From: Mobula birostris | Taxonomy: Eukaryota | Reading direction: 5' to 3' | Length of the DNA stretch: 64,000 nucleotides | Assembly (NCBI RefSeq): GCF_030028105.1 | Contig: NC_092393.1 | Location: 31,287,248 to 31,351,247, forward strand | Shown: piece by piece, positions 26,096 to 38,078 of the stretch | Position numbering within the stretch: the stretch's first letter is position 1 | Layout: every line of letters begins with the position of its first letter | The notes under the pieces: model-generated | What the model saw: only the letters and a program-made list of their open reading frames with translations | What the model was told of the DNA's origin: nothing | The model's database searches: none | Position numbers and translations under genes: made by a program

Positions 26096-26784
26096 GTAAG
26101 CATTACGGATGGTTAATAGAAGGAAGTGAACGTGCTAACATGGTTGCTTTGAGGTTGCATGAATTATGAACAACAGCACGGGCAGTTTAGAAATGAATAG
26201 GAAGCTTTATGAGCACTGTCATTTGGACAGCGATGTCGATGAACAGTTCAGAATGAATATGACTCTTTAATGAATTAGAGGAACCATGCAGAAACAGGTA
26301 CAGCATTAAATTCGGAGTACCAGCTGGTATTGGGATTGGAATATTGTTGCCACATGTACTGAGATACAGTGAAGTATTGTCTTGCATACAGATCAGATCA
26401 TGACAAAGTGCATTGAGCTAGAACAAGATAAAAACAAAAAGGTGCAGAGCTGCATTGAAAATACAGTGCAGGTACTTTTAGAGACAGAGAAATTAGATTT
26501 AAAAATGCAGAATAATTATAATAGAAGTAATGAGTTGATCTGTAGAGTGGAGTTTGTAACAGGACATCATGCTCCAGTGCAATCTTGCAATCATTGCAGT
26601 AAGTTGCAACATGCCAAACATAAGAATTACAAGGCACAGTCTGCTTAATCTTGCACTTCCTCCCTCTATTACTAGGAATTGAACTGGCAACATTTCACTA
26701 CACTCAGTCTCAAGTTTATCCTTACTGAGGTCAGGAAACGCAAACCTGCACACTGTATTCCAGATGCAGTCTCACCAGGTCTTT

Positions 26785-27830
26785 ATATCAGAATCGGTTT
26801 TATCATCACCAGCATGTGTCGCGAAATTTGTTAACCTAGCAGCAGCAGTACAATGCAATACATAATATAGGAGAAAAAAATAATAAATAATCTATTACAG
26901 TATATGTCTATTGAATAGATTAAAAATCATGCAAAAACAAATAATATATATTAAAAAAAGTAAGGCAGTGTTCATAGGTTTAATGTCCATTTAGGAATTG
27001 GATGGCAGAGGGGAAGAAGCTGTTCCTGAATCGCTGAGTGTGTGCCTTCAATCTTCTGTACCTCCTGTCTGGTGGTAACAGTGAGAGAAGGGCATGCCTT
27101 GGGTCCTGGAGGTCCTTAATAATGGGCGCTGCCTTTCTGAGACACTGCTGCTTGAAGATGTCCTGGGTACTTTGTAGGCTAGTACCAGAGATGGAGCTGA
27201 TTGGATTTACAACCCTCTGCAGCTTCTTCTGGTCCTGTGCAGTAGCCCCCACTCCCCATACCAGACCATGATGCAGCCTGTCAGAGTGCTCTCCACAGTA
27301 CATTTATAGAAGTTTTTGAGTGTATTTGTTGACATACCAAATCTCTTCAAAATCCTAATGAAGTATAGTCACTGACTTGCCTTTTTATAACTGCATCGAT
27401 ATGTTGGGACCAGGTTAGGTCCTCAGAGATCCTGACACCCAGGAACTTGAAATTGTTCACTCTATCCACTCCTGATCCTCTATGAGGATTAGTATGCGTT
27501 CCTTCGTCTTACACAAGCCTGAAGTCCACAATCAGCTCTTTCGTCTTACTGACATTGAGTGCAAGGTTGTTGCTGTGACACCACCCCACTAGTTGGCGTG
27601 TCTCGCTCCTGTACACCCTCTCATCTCCATCTGAGATTCTACCAACAAAAATTGTATCATCAGCAAAGTTATAGATGGTATTTGAGATATGCCTAGCCAC
27701 ACAGTCAAGGGTACAGAGGGAAAAGAGAAGTGGGCAATGCACACCCCTGAGGTTCACCAGTGTTGATTGTCATCGAGGAGATATTATCACCAATGTGCAC
27801 AGGTTGTGGTCTTCTGGTTAGGAAGTCAAG
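26785..27830 (-). mobile_element. Rex1/Babar-like LINE 3' portion
   Basis: [31 protein letters not shown]; RFRNSFFPSAIQFLN; (ATTCTG)-type tail near 26785. Confidence 0.8.
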
Positions 27831-28699
27831 GATTCAATTGCAGAGGCTCAGGTTCTGTAACTTATCAATCAAGATCATTGGAGCAGGATGACTCTATTCC
27901 TTCCACTCAGATCTTCTTGCAACTAAGGCAAACAAAGTCAATTCTGTGAAAATAAAGCATCTGATATATCTCTGTTGGGATATGTTGCAAGAACAAAAAT
28001 TAGAATTTCAACCTGATTTTTGATCAATGAGTAACCTCTTGTGCCAAACTGCATTGTGTAATTGACTTTGATACGAACCAAGGTTGCTCCAAGGCTGTCT
28101 GGCAGGTACCTTTGAGAAATGATGAAGCTGATTAAAGAAACTTTATCCTTGTAGGCCAAAAATATATTACACCTTTTTTATTTGGAAGTCAAGCAATACA
28201 TCAGATTGATAAAAATGTTCCTTGACAGGAACATAACAACCTTTCCAAAGCAACTGAACATATCAACTGGAAAGTTGACAGATGAACTTACAGATACATT
28301 TAATTGAAATAGGGAATCTCAAAATTCACAATGTAAATTCAAAGTACATATATATCACCATATAGTACTCTGAGACTCATTGTCTGGTGTGAATTCACAG
28401 TAAATAGAAAGCACAATAGGATTAATGAAAACTCACCAGGACAGAAATACTAATAGGATAAACAACCCACTTCTAAAAGAGAACATCTTTTGCAAATACA
28501 AAAAGAAATAAAATAAGCAAATAAACAAATAAAGCAAGAAGTTAAGTTCCATTTAGTACTAGATGAATGGAAATAGCCAGTGGTACCTACTCATGCTGTA
28601 CTCCATTGGTCATTAAAGAGAAATTTAAAGCAAAGCTGGAGAGTCTGACTAAGGCAGTGATAGTTGAGTCACATAACACGTCCACGCACCAAGCATCTA

Positions 28700-29637
28700 G
28701 TTTAGCGTATGATGAGATAGCAATCGTCAAGATGAGAATTTTTTCTGTGCAGCTCCTTAGCTTGTGCTTATGTGGTCTCTGCTGTCCTACACATATTCAC
28801 AGCCTTTACTAGCATCAAAACTTTTTCACAGAGCAAGCTTTCTCTGAGCTCATTATTTGGGATTCCACAACCTATTTTAACTCTAACCAGTAAGTAGCTG
28901 AAATTTCCAAAGTTACAGGACTTACTTAGTGTGTGAAGCTCAGCTAAAAATTGGTCAAAACTAACACCTTGTTTCTGGTCACAGGAGAAGAACTTGTATC
29001 TCTCAGATGTGATGTTTTTACTTGGGACAAGATATTTGTCAAATTTTGTTACCAGAGTGTCCAATTTAAAGTCTATAAAATAAAATATATATATATATTT
29101 ATTTAATCACTGTTTGAAGAATTTCCAGTTATCGGCTAGATTGCCAGTAACCTGCTTAGCTGTAGAAGGACTTCGGTTGTCCATTACAGAACTTTTGGTC
29201 TTTCACTTGGTGTTCTCTTGGTGAATCCTGTGAACTTAGGCAACTTCAAAACATAATGAGCTCACTGGGTGGCAGCTTCAAGGCAATGTTATCTCTTGCC
29301 AGCAGTTTCTCTCCATTGGAACCAGCATCTCATCCTTGGTCACTTGTGGCATTCATTTATGCTCCATTTTTAGACCTCACACTGACTTCTGGCACCAGGT
29401 TATGTTTGTTCGTAATAATGACAAACTTGCGTGGGTGAAAAATTTAACAGATTTATTCTGTTCTGTTTATTTACAGAGTGGCTTCAGCTCGACCTTATTT
29501 TACTTGGGACACTCCAGCCCACCTAAAGGTTGTGTGTCCTGTTCACCAACATCACCTCCAGTTCTGGGTGAACCGCCCACATTGCATACTGGGTACTGAC
29601 TACACTGGTACTGTATTATATAACACACATAACAACA
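28700..29637 (-). mobile_element. Gypsy-like LTR retrotransposon 5' remnant: LTR (~29398-29637), tRNA-Leu-type PBS (29385-29397), gag fragments
   Basis: Minus strand TGGTGCCAGAAGT immediately follows a ~240-bp TG-starting LTR with AATAAA. Gag-like peptides GNLADNWKFFKQ and ERYKFFSCDQ..LAELHTL..C.FG..IGCGI..RESLL. Confidence 0.75.
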
Positions 29638-30147
29638 CATTCCACTCCATATTGCTCTGGGGTAGAACATTCCAGAGATTCACCACCTTTTGAGAGATAC
29701 CTTTCCTACATGGGCCTCAATTTTAAATGACTACCTCTTACCTTGTAACTAAGACCGCTATTTTAATTTTCTCCCAGGAGCAAGGAAACATCACAACACC
29801 TATCCAGTCATACCCCATTAGGATCTTATGTGTCTCAATAAGATCACCATTCATTCTTCTAAGTCAGAGCATCTTTCAGCTGGTTGTGATTGGTCATCCC
29901 TGAAGTGATAGTCATTGAAAATGCATTGCAGCTCACAGAAGACAATTCCATTTGGCCGTTTAATCACTGGACAATATCACCGGCTTTTCTACTGAGTAAT
30001 GGATAGCACGGAAAGTTTTAAAGTTGGTCAAAGAACTGCTCCATCATTACAGACAGAGCCCTGTTAAGCACCCCAGCCTTCCGCTATATCCGAACCCAAG
30101 GATGATGAGCATTAAATCATGAGATCCCAATAACAGAGAGGCTGTTG

Positions 30148-30497
30148 TCTGTCTGTCTAGATACCATATCCGATGTGGACGTTAGTGACCAAGGTTTTCC
30201 ATATAGATCTATCCTTTGTTTTTTGGATGACTTCCATTTCCTCGACGTGTAGCCACCTGGCTATGCCCTTGATGTACATAAGCCAAGGTCTTCCTCTAGG
30301 TTTACTCCCCTCAATCTTTCCAGAGAGTATGAGTTTTTCTAGTTCATTTTTCTGCATGATGTGTCCTAGGAATCTGAGTTGTCTTTCTCTTATTGTTGGT
30401 ATGAGTGATCGAACTGCTTGGGCTCTTCTGAGGACTTCTTCATTTGATGTGTGTGTGGTCCATGATATTTTTAACATTCTCCTGTAGAACCACTGTA
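30148..30497 (-). mobile_element. RTE-clade LINE 3' end
   Basis: RMLKISWT..SNEEVLRRA..RQLRFLGHI..GKIEGSKPRGRP..DRSIWK; (AGAC)n tail after the stop. Confidence 0.8.
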
Positions 30498-31685
30498 GAA
30501 CTAGTCTTTTTCCCCTTGCTGGGGAAATGGTCCAGCATTCACTTCCATAAGCTGAGAGGCTGATGAAAATACAAAAAAGTAAAGGAAGGCAACCACAGAT
30601 TTATATCCACAGTGCAGCAACAGAGCTGCTAAAGATCTGCCTCCAGCAAGAGTTGGAGACAACATGAAGGAGAGACCTTAGAAGTATAGAAATCACGAGA
30701 GAATTAGGCAAGATCACGGTCTCATTCCCAGTATAATTTTAAAACTAAAGTGCATAGGTTTAAGGTGAGAGTGGAAAAATTAAGATTTTCACACAAAATG
30801 TGATGGATATATGGAACAAGTTGCCAGAGGAAGCTAAAGGAGCAGGTACAATTACATTTTTAAAAAGAGATTTGAATATTTATATTGATATAATAGGCTT
30901 AGTGGGATACAGATCAAATGCAGGCAATGGGATGAGCTCAGACATCTTGGTCAGCAAAGGACCTATTGTATGCCTGTAATATATGACTATGAGGCTCTGA
31001 AGATGCAGAATGGACACTCACACCATGGCCTAGGTAATCTCAAGACATGAAAGAGGAAGCTTTCCAGATAAAAGGAACAGCTTCTGTTTCCAAAAGACCA
31101 CTGAGGATGCTATTTGACTGATTTGAATATGGAGACATTAGCACATACACCACTGAATCTGCAGAGTGGGAACAGAGCACCAAAGCAAAATAAATCAAAG
31201 GGAATATTCATTACAAGGTGCTGCAGGACCTGCTGAGTCACATTTTTGCTTCTGTTTCATATTTTCTGCTTCTGCTGTTTGTTTTTATTTTCGTTTACCA
31301 AAATATAGTACATATCTGATGGCTTGCAGTAAGCGCTCAGCAAACGTTCTTCCAGGATAAAGGAGATCGGGCAGATTAAACTATCTCATAGATCGCAACA
31401 GTTTTGTCTGAGCTGCTCTTTTGCCCGCACTCATACTTTTATGTTCCTGCCCTCCAGATCCTTTGCCTGTACCTGCCCCTTACTGATCCTCCGTCTGGCC
31501 CCCATATCCTGTCCCTTTCTTGCCTTATGTAAAAAGCCACTGTGTTGCAAGCATGTCAACATGAAGGTTGTGCAATATGAGAGCTGTTCTGCAAAAGGTG
31601 AGCTAGAAGTTTGCCTGAAGGCTGTCAGATTCAACTTTGACCAGTTTCAGTAAAGTGGTCTTAGATTTCAAAATTGCTGGCAGGT

Positions 31686-32029
31686 TGCGGTGGTGCTGCT
31701 CAAAAATGGGCTCGCAATATGAATGTTCCTCAGTCTGTCCACAGATAGAGCCCTGCTTCTCACCGTCGGCAGGAAGCTTCATCCTTTCACACAAACGGCA
31801 CAAAGAAGCTTTGTCAGGAGTAGTGTGTTTAACAGTTTTGCAGAAGAGAAGCAGCACTGAAAAAGTATTAAAAAAGGTAGTGCTAACTGCCTCCTACCCA
31901 CCGCAAAGAAAACAGGAAGTGGCAGCATACGCACAAAATACTTAAAGGGAAATGAACAGGAAGATTCACACAAAAGAACAATCTGCTATGCACGGCGTGC
32001 AAGCTTGTGGTATACTGTACTTTGTGGTT
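31686..32029. promoter_or_regulatory. Candidate lymphoid enhancer (RUNX/ETS cluster)
   Basis: TGCGGT 31686, ACCGCA 31900 next to CAGGAAGTG 31913, TGTGGT 32006 and 32023, plus other CAGGAAG sites, in sequence not recognisably TE-derived. Confidence 0.35.
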
Positions 32030-32169
32030 TTGAAGGTGACGGTTATGCTCATTTTCAACTGCAAACATTTATTCATGATACCACAGAGGAATTGCTTAAT
32101 ACTGTTTACTGGAGGTTGCAGCATTGTAACGATATGCGACAAAAATCTTGATAACCAGTATCTTTGTGA

Positions 32170-33610
32170 TTCAAGCAACACGCACAAAATGCTGGAGGAA
32201 CTCATCAGTCCAGACAGCATCTGTGGAAAAAAGTGCAGTTGATGTTTCGGGCCAAGACCCTTCGGCAAGACTGGAGAAAAAAAAGATGAGGAGTAGATTT
32301 AAAAGTTGGGAGAGGGGAGAGAGAAACTTGTTACATACACCTGTTAGGGTGCATTCTCCATTTACCTTATAAGGTAACCATCGCCTTCAGCCAGGAGCAG
32401 ATGTCATCAGGTGGTTCCCAACCTTCACCGAGTGTTTCGATCCTTAACCACAACACTCTCCAGTGGGTGGGCCAGCAGTGGTGGCCAAATCACTGCCCAT
32501 CTGCTCCTGGCTTCCAGCTTCCCTCCTCTCACCTACTCCAGGTCCAACAAGAGGCTCGTTCTGCCTCTTCCCCCATCCTACGAGCTGCTTGTTTTTTGCT
32601 ACTTTCATCCAGGCCCAGTTCTGACAACAATCGCTATGCTGATTTGGCTGGGAAACCTCTGCAGCCGATCTCCACAGGGAACAACCATGCCTGCCATCCC
32701 TTGTCTTTACACTCCTAAACTAAGGGCTGGTACTTTAAGGCCATTCTCTCGTGGGCCTCTTCCCATCCCTCCTCCCACAGCACAGTCACCTCAACCAGAA
32801 TTATTTTCTTGACTTCAGTTGACCACAGTACAATGTCCGGGCATAGGGTTGTGTGCACCACATCCGAGAATTGCAACCTCCTTCCCACATCGACCCTCAT
32901 ATCCCAGGACCTGGCTGTTAGCAGCAGATTGGGCTTTGGTTGTTTGGTTACGAAAGGCATAGCTCCCTCTTTGATGAAGGTGATGGCCTTCCTCAAATCT
33001 GTGCCAGCCGCCCTCTTCTTGCATCTCTCCCGCTCTAGTGTGTCAGCAAGAGCCAGAAGCACCTTATCATAGTGCCATCTATACCGTCCTTGAGTTAGAG
33101 CTGTTTTACACCCAGACAGTATATGAGCCAGTGACCCCTTTTGACCACAGAGCCTACAGTTCAGGTCCTCTCTCATCCCTCATGTGTATAGATGTAATGG
33201 TGAAGGAAGGGTGTCATGCACAGATCTATCCAAGACCCTTCAGCAAGACTGGAGAAAAAAAAATGAGGAATAGATTTAAAAGTTGGGAGAGGGGAGAAAG
33301 AAACAACATGATAGGTGAAACTGGGAAGGGGAGAGATGAAGTGAAGAGCTTGGAAGTTGATTGGTGAAAGATACAGAGATGGAGAAGGACAAGTCCAAGC
33401 AGAGAGAACAGAAGGTCATGGAAGAAAGAAAAGGTGGGAAGAGCACCAGAGGAAAGGGCGGGGGGTGGGCGCAGGGTGTTGCCATTACCGTAAGTTTGAG
33501 ATATCAATGTTCATGCCATCAGGTTGGAGTCTACCGAGACAGAATTTAAGTTGTTGTTCCTCTAATCTGAGTGTGGTCTCATCACAACAGTGGAGGTGGC
33601 CATGGATTGA
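32170..33610 (-). mobile_element. Penelope-like 3' fragment split by a HERO insertion
   Basis: LEEQQL..SLP.GMNID-type sequence at ~33500-33600; family tail at 32170-32270 with the motif ccagtc-TTGCCGA..GAAACATC. Confidence 0.75.
32328..33229 (-). mobile_element. HERO-like (RLE-endonuclease) non-LTR retrotransposon 3' fragment
   Basis: DTLPSP..CRLCGQKGSLAHILSGC (zinc knuckle), LCPDIVLW..ILVEVTVLWEE (PD..(D/E)xK-like RLE), GWQAWLFPVEIGCRGF, then a 3'UTR. Confidence 0.8.
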
Positions 33611-34612
33611 CTGAAAAACTGAGTTGCTTTTGGATACTAAATCTATGTTTACCCAAAATTAAGTGTGACATTTCAGTCAATTATCAAAACATGCAACAAT
33701 TAAAATGGATCTTCATTACTGCCATTCCCAATTATCATGGTTTTGTTTAGTTACCTTGTTACGTCAATCTGTTACGTCAATCTATTGACCCACTCTATCC
33801 CAAACTTGCAAACTAAAGTTCCACAAATTGAATGATTAATAAGCCATCATTGTATACTGTCCTGCACCACAATGTTCTCTTAACTTTTGTTTCTGCTATC
33901 AGCTGCTTGCTTGTCATAAAATAACTTTTAGCCATGTTAAATACATCTTACATTTTCACCACAAACTTTGCTGCTTTCTCAATTATATCCCTTATATCCC
34001 ACCCTCCCTTTCACTTGTTTTATTCCTCCTCTTGCCTTGATTCACACACATCTCACCCCACCCAATTATACCATATTTAAGGATGCTCTCATTGGATGAC
34101 TAATGTCTTTCCTTTATTTAAGAATGGGAGCTACCGGCCAGTGAGCCTTGAATCTGCAGAGGAGAAACAACTGGAAAAAGTCCTAAGGCATTTGGAAAAG
34201 CAGGAACTGGTCAAAAATGGTCAGCTTGACCTCATGAGGGAGAAATTCTTCCCAACTCATTCAATTAAGTTTATTGAGGAAGTAACAAAGGAGATGATAA
34301 AGAAGGGTGATGGATGTTGTGTGCATTGACTTTAATAAGGCAATTGAAAAGGAGCTGCCTTGTAGGCTAGTTTTGTCATGACCACAGATTTAGCAGTGCA
34401 GCAGACTTGGCAATTGCACTTGTGAATATGCACATGTCAGCTATTTATCATTTCGTTATGGAAGTATTTAACTCCCTTCTTTTCATTGTTGTGCTTGTTG
34501 AGACTTAAACAAAACATAGCAATGTTACTCTGCCTGCTCGCATTCAGCCTTGCCTGAGAAAGAAGGGACTGTCGAGTTGACTAACGCTGAAGGTCAGCTG
34601 TATTTATTTTAT

Positions 34613-37600
34613 TAGAAACATAGAAAATAGGTGCAGGAGTAGGTCATTCGGCCCTTCGAGCCTGCACCACCATTTATTATGATCATGGCTGATCATCCAA
34701 CTCAGAACCCTGCACCAACCTTCCCTCCATACCCCCTGATCCCCGTAGCCACAAGGGCCATATCTAACTCCCTCTTAAATATAGCCAATGAACTGGCCTC
34801 AACTGTTTCCTGTGGCAGAGAATTCCACAGATTCACCACTCTGTGTGAAGAAGTTTTTCCTAATCTCAGTCCTAAAAGGCTTCCCCCTTATCCTCAAACT
34901 GTGACCCCTCGTTCTGGACTTCCCCAACATCGAGAACAATCTTCCTGCATCTAGCCTGTCCAATCCCTTTAGGATTTTATACGTTTCAATCAGATCCCCC
35001 CTCAATCTTCTAAATTCCAATGAGTACAAGCCCAGTTCATCCAGTCTTTCTTCATATGAAAGTCCTGCCATCCCAGGAATCAATCTGGTGAACCTTCTTT
35101 GTACTCCCTCTATGGCAAGGATGTCTTTCCTCAGATTAGGGGACCAAAACTGCACACAATACTCCAGGTGTGATCTCACCAAGGCCTTGTACAACTGCAG
35201 TAGTACCTCCCTGCTCCTGTATTTGAATCCTCTTGCTATAAATGCCAGCATACCATTCGTCTTTTTCACCACCTGCTGTACCTGCATGCCCACTTTCAAT
35301 GACTGGTGTATAATGACACCCAGGTCTCATTGCACCTCCCCTTTTCCTAATCGGCCACCATTCAGATAATAATCTGTTTTCCTGTTTTTGCCACCAAAGT
35401 GGATAACTTCACATTTATCCACATTAAGTTGCATCTGCCATGAATTTGCCCACCCACCCAACCTATCCAAGTCACCCTGCATCCTCTTAGCATCCTCCTC
35501 ACAGCTAACACTGCCACCCAGCTTCGTGTCATCCGCAAACTTGGAGATGCTGCATTTAATTCCCTCATCCAAGTCATTAATATATATTGTAAACAACTGG
35601 GGTCCCAGCACTGAGCCTTGCAGTACCCCACTAGTCACTGCCTGCCATTCTGAAAAGGTCCCGTTTATTCTCACTTTGCTTCCTGTCTGCTAACCAATTC
35701 TCTATCCACATCAATACCTTACTCCCAATACCATGTGCTTTAAGTTTGCACACTAATCTCCGGTGTGGGACCTTGTTAAAAGCCTTTTGAAAATCCAAAT
35801 ATACCACATCCACTGGTTCTCCCTTATCCACTCTACTAGTTACATCCTCAAAAAATTCTATGAGATTTGTCAGACATGATTTTCCTTTCACAAATCCATG
35901 CTGATTTTGTCCGATGATTTCACCGCTTTCCAAATGTGCTGTTATCACATCTTTGATAACTGACTCCAGCAGTTTCCCCACCACCGACATTAGGCTAACT
36001 GGTCTATAATTCCCCGGTTTCTCTCTCCCTCCTTTTTTAAAGAGAGGAATTACATTAGCCACCCTCCAATCCTCAGGAATTAGTCCAGAATCTAACAAGT
36101 TTTGAAAAATTATCACTAATGCATCCACTATTTCTTGGGCTACTTCCTTAAGCACTCTAGGATGCAGACCATCTGGCCCTGGGGATTTATCTGCCTTTAA
36201 TCCCTTCAATTTACCTAACACCACTTCCCTACTAACATGGATTTCCCTCAGTTCCTCCATCTCACTGGACCCTCTGTCCCCTACTATTTCTGGAAGATTA
36301 TTTATGTCCTCCTTAGTGAAGACAGAACCAAAGTAATTATTCAATTGGTCTGTCATGTCCTTGCTCCCCATAATCAATTCACCTGTTTGTCTGTAGGGGA
36401 CCTACATTTGTCTACCAGTCTTTTCCTTTTTACATATCTATAAAAGCTTTTACAGTCCACTTTTATGTTCCCTGCCAGTTTTCTCTCAATCTTTTTTCCC
36501 CTTCCTAATTAAGCCCTTTGTCCTGCTCTGCTGAACTCTGAATTTCTCCCAGCCCTCAGGTGAACCACTTTCTCTGGCTAATTTGTATGCTTCTTCTTTG
36601 GAATTGATACTATCCCTAATTTCTCTTGTCAGCCACGGGTGCACTACCTTCCTTGATTTATTCTTTTGCCAAACTGGGATGAACAATTGTTGTAGTTCAT
36701 CCATGCAACCTTTAAATGCTTGCCATTGCATATCCACCATCAATCCTTTAAGTGTCATTTGCCAGTCTATCTTAGCTAATTCACGCCTCATACCTTCAAA
36801 GTTACCTCTAAGTTCAGAACCTTTGTTTCTGAATTAACTACGTCACTCTCCATCTTAGTGAAGAATTCCACCATATTATGGTCACTGTTACCCAAGGGGC
36901 CTCTTACGACAAGATTGTTAATTAACCCTTCCTCATTGCTCAAAACCCAGTCTAGAATAGCCTGCTCTCTAGTTGGTTCCTCGATATGTTGGTTCAAAAA
37001 ACCATTCCGCATACATTCCAAGAAATCCTCTTCCTCAGCACCTTTACCAATTTGGTTCACCCAATCTACATGTAGATTGAAGTCACCCATTATAACTGCT
37101 GTTCCTTTATTGCACACATTTCTAATTTCCTGTTTAATACCATCTCCGACCTCACTACTACTGTTAGGTGGCCTGTACACAACTCCCACCAGCATTTTCT
37201 GCCCCTTAGTGTTACGCAGCTCTACCCATATCGATTCCACATCTTCCCGGCTTATGTCCTTCCTTTCTATTGCGTTAATCTCATCTTTAACCAGCAACGC
37301 CACCCCACCTCCTTTTCTTTCATGTCTATCCCTCCTGAATATTGAATATCCCTGAACATTGAGCTCTCATCCTTGGTCACCCTGGAGCCATGTCTCCGTG
37401 ATCCCAACTATATCATAATCATTAATAAGAATCTGCACTTTTAATTCATCCACCTTGTTACGAATGCTCCTTGCATTGACACACAAAGCCTTCAGGCACT
37501 CTTTTACAACTCTCTTAGCCCTTATACAATTATGTTGAAAAGTGGCCCTTTTTGATGCTTGCCCTGGATTTGTCAGCCTGCCACTTTTACTTTTCTCCTT

Positions 37601-38078
37601 ACTACTTTTTGTTTCTACCCTCACTTTACACCCCTGTCTCTCTGCACTGGTTCCCATCCCCCTGTTGTGAACTAACCTCCTCTCGCCTAGCCTCTTTAAT
37701 TTGATTCCCACCCCCCAACCATTCTAGTTTAAAGTCACCTCAGTAGCCCTCGCTAATCTCCCTGCCAGGATATTGGTCCCCCTAGGATTCAAGTGTAACC
37801 CGTCCTTTTTGTACAGGTCACGCCTGTGCCAAAAGAGGTCCCAATGATACAAAAACTTGAATCCCTGCCTCCTGCTCCAATCCCTCAGCCACGCATTTAT
37901 CCTCCACCTCATCGCATTCCTACTCTCACTGTCACGTAGCACAGGCAGTAATCCCGAGATTACTACCTTTGCAGTCTTTTTTCTCAACTCCCTTCCTAGC
38001 TCCCTATATTCTCCTTTCAGGACCTCTTCCCTTTTCCTACCTATGTCATTTGTACCTATATGTACCACAACCTCTGGC
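34613..38078 (-). mobile_element. Young CR1 LINE retaining the ORF1 SGNH esterase end, APE and RT, frameshifted
   Basis: VVVHIGTNDI..DGLHLN (esterase); NARSI..GITETW, YRPP, GDFN, SDH (APE); RT motifs. Same 3' end as the copies at 8818 and 58304. Confidence 0.93.

Noticed and set aside
36858-37355. Numerous + strand ORFs over CR1 copies (also 5190-5630, 9303-9584, 47433-47714, 59077-59502)
   Set aside because: Antisense shadow frames of CR1 coding sequence, recurring in each copy.
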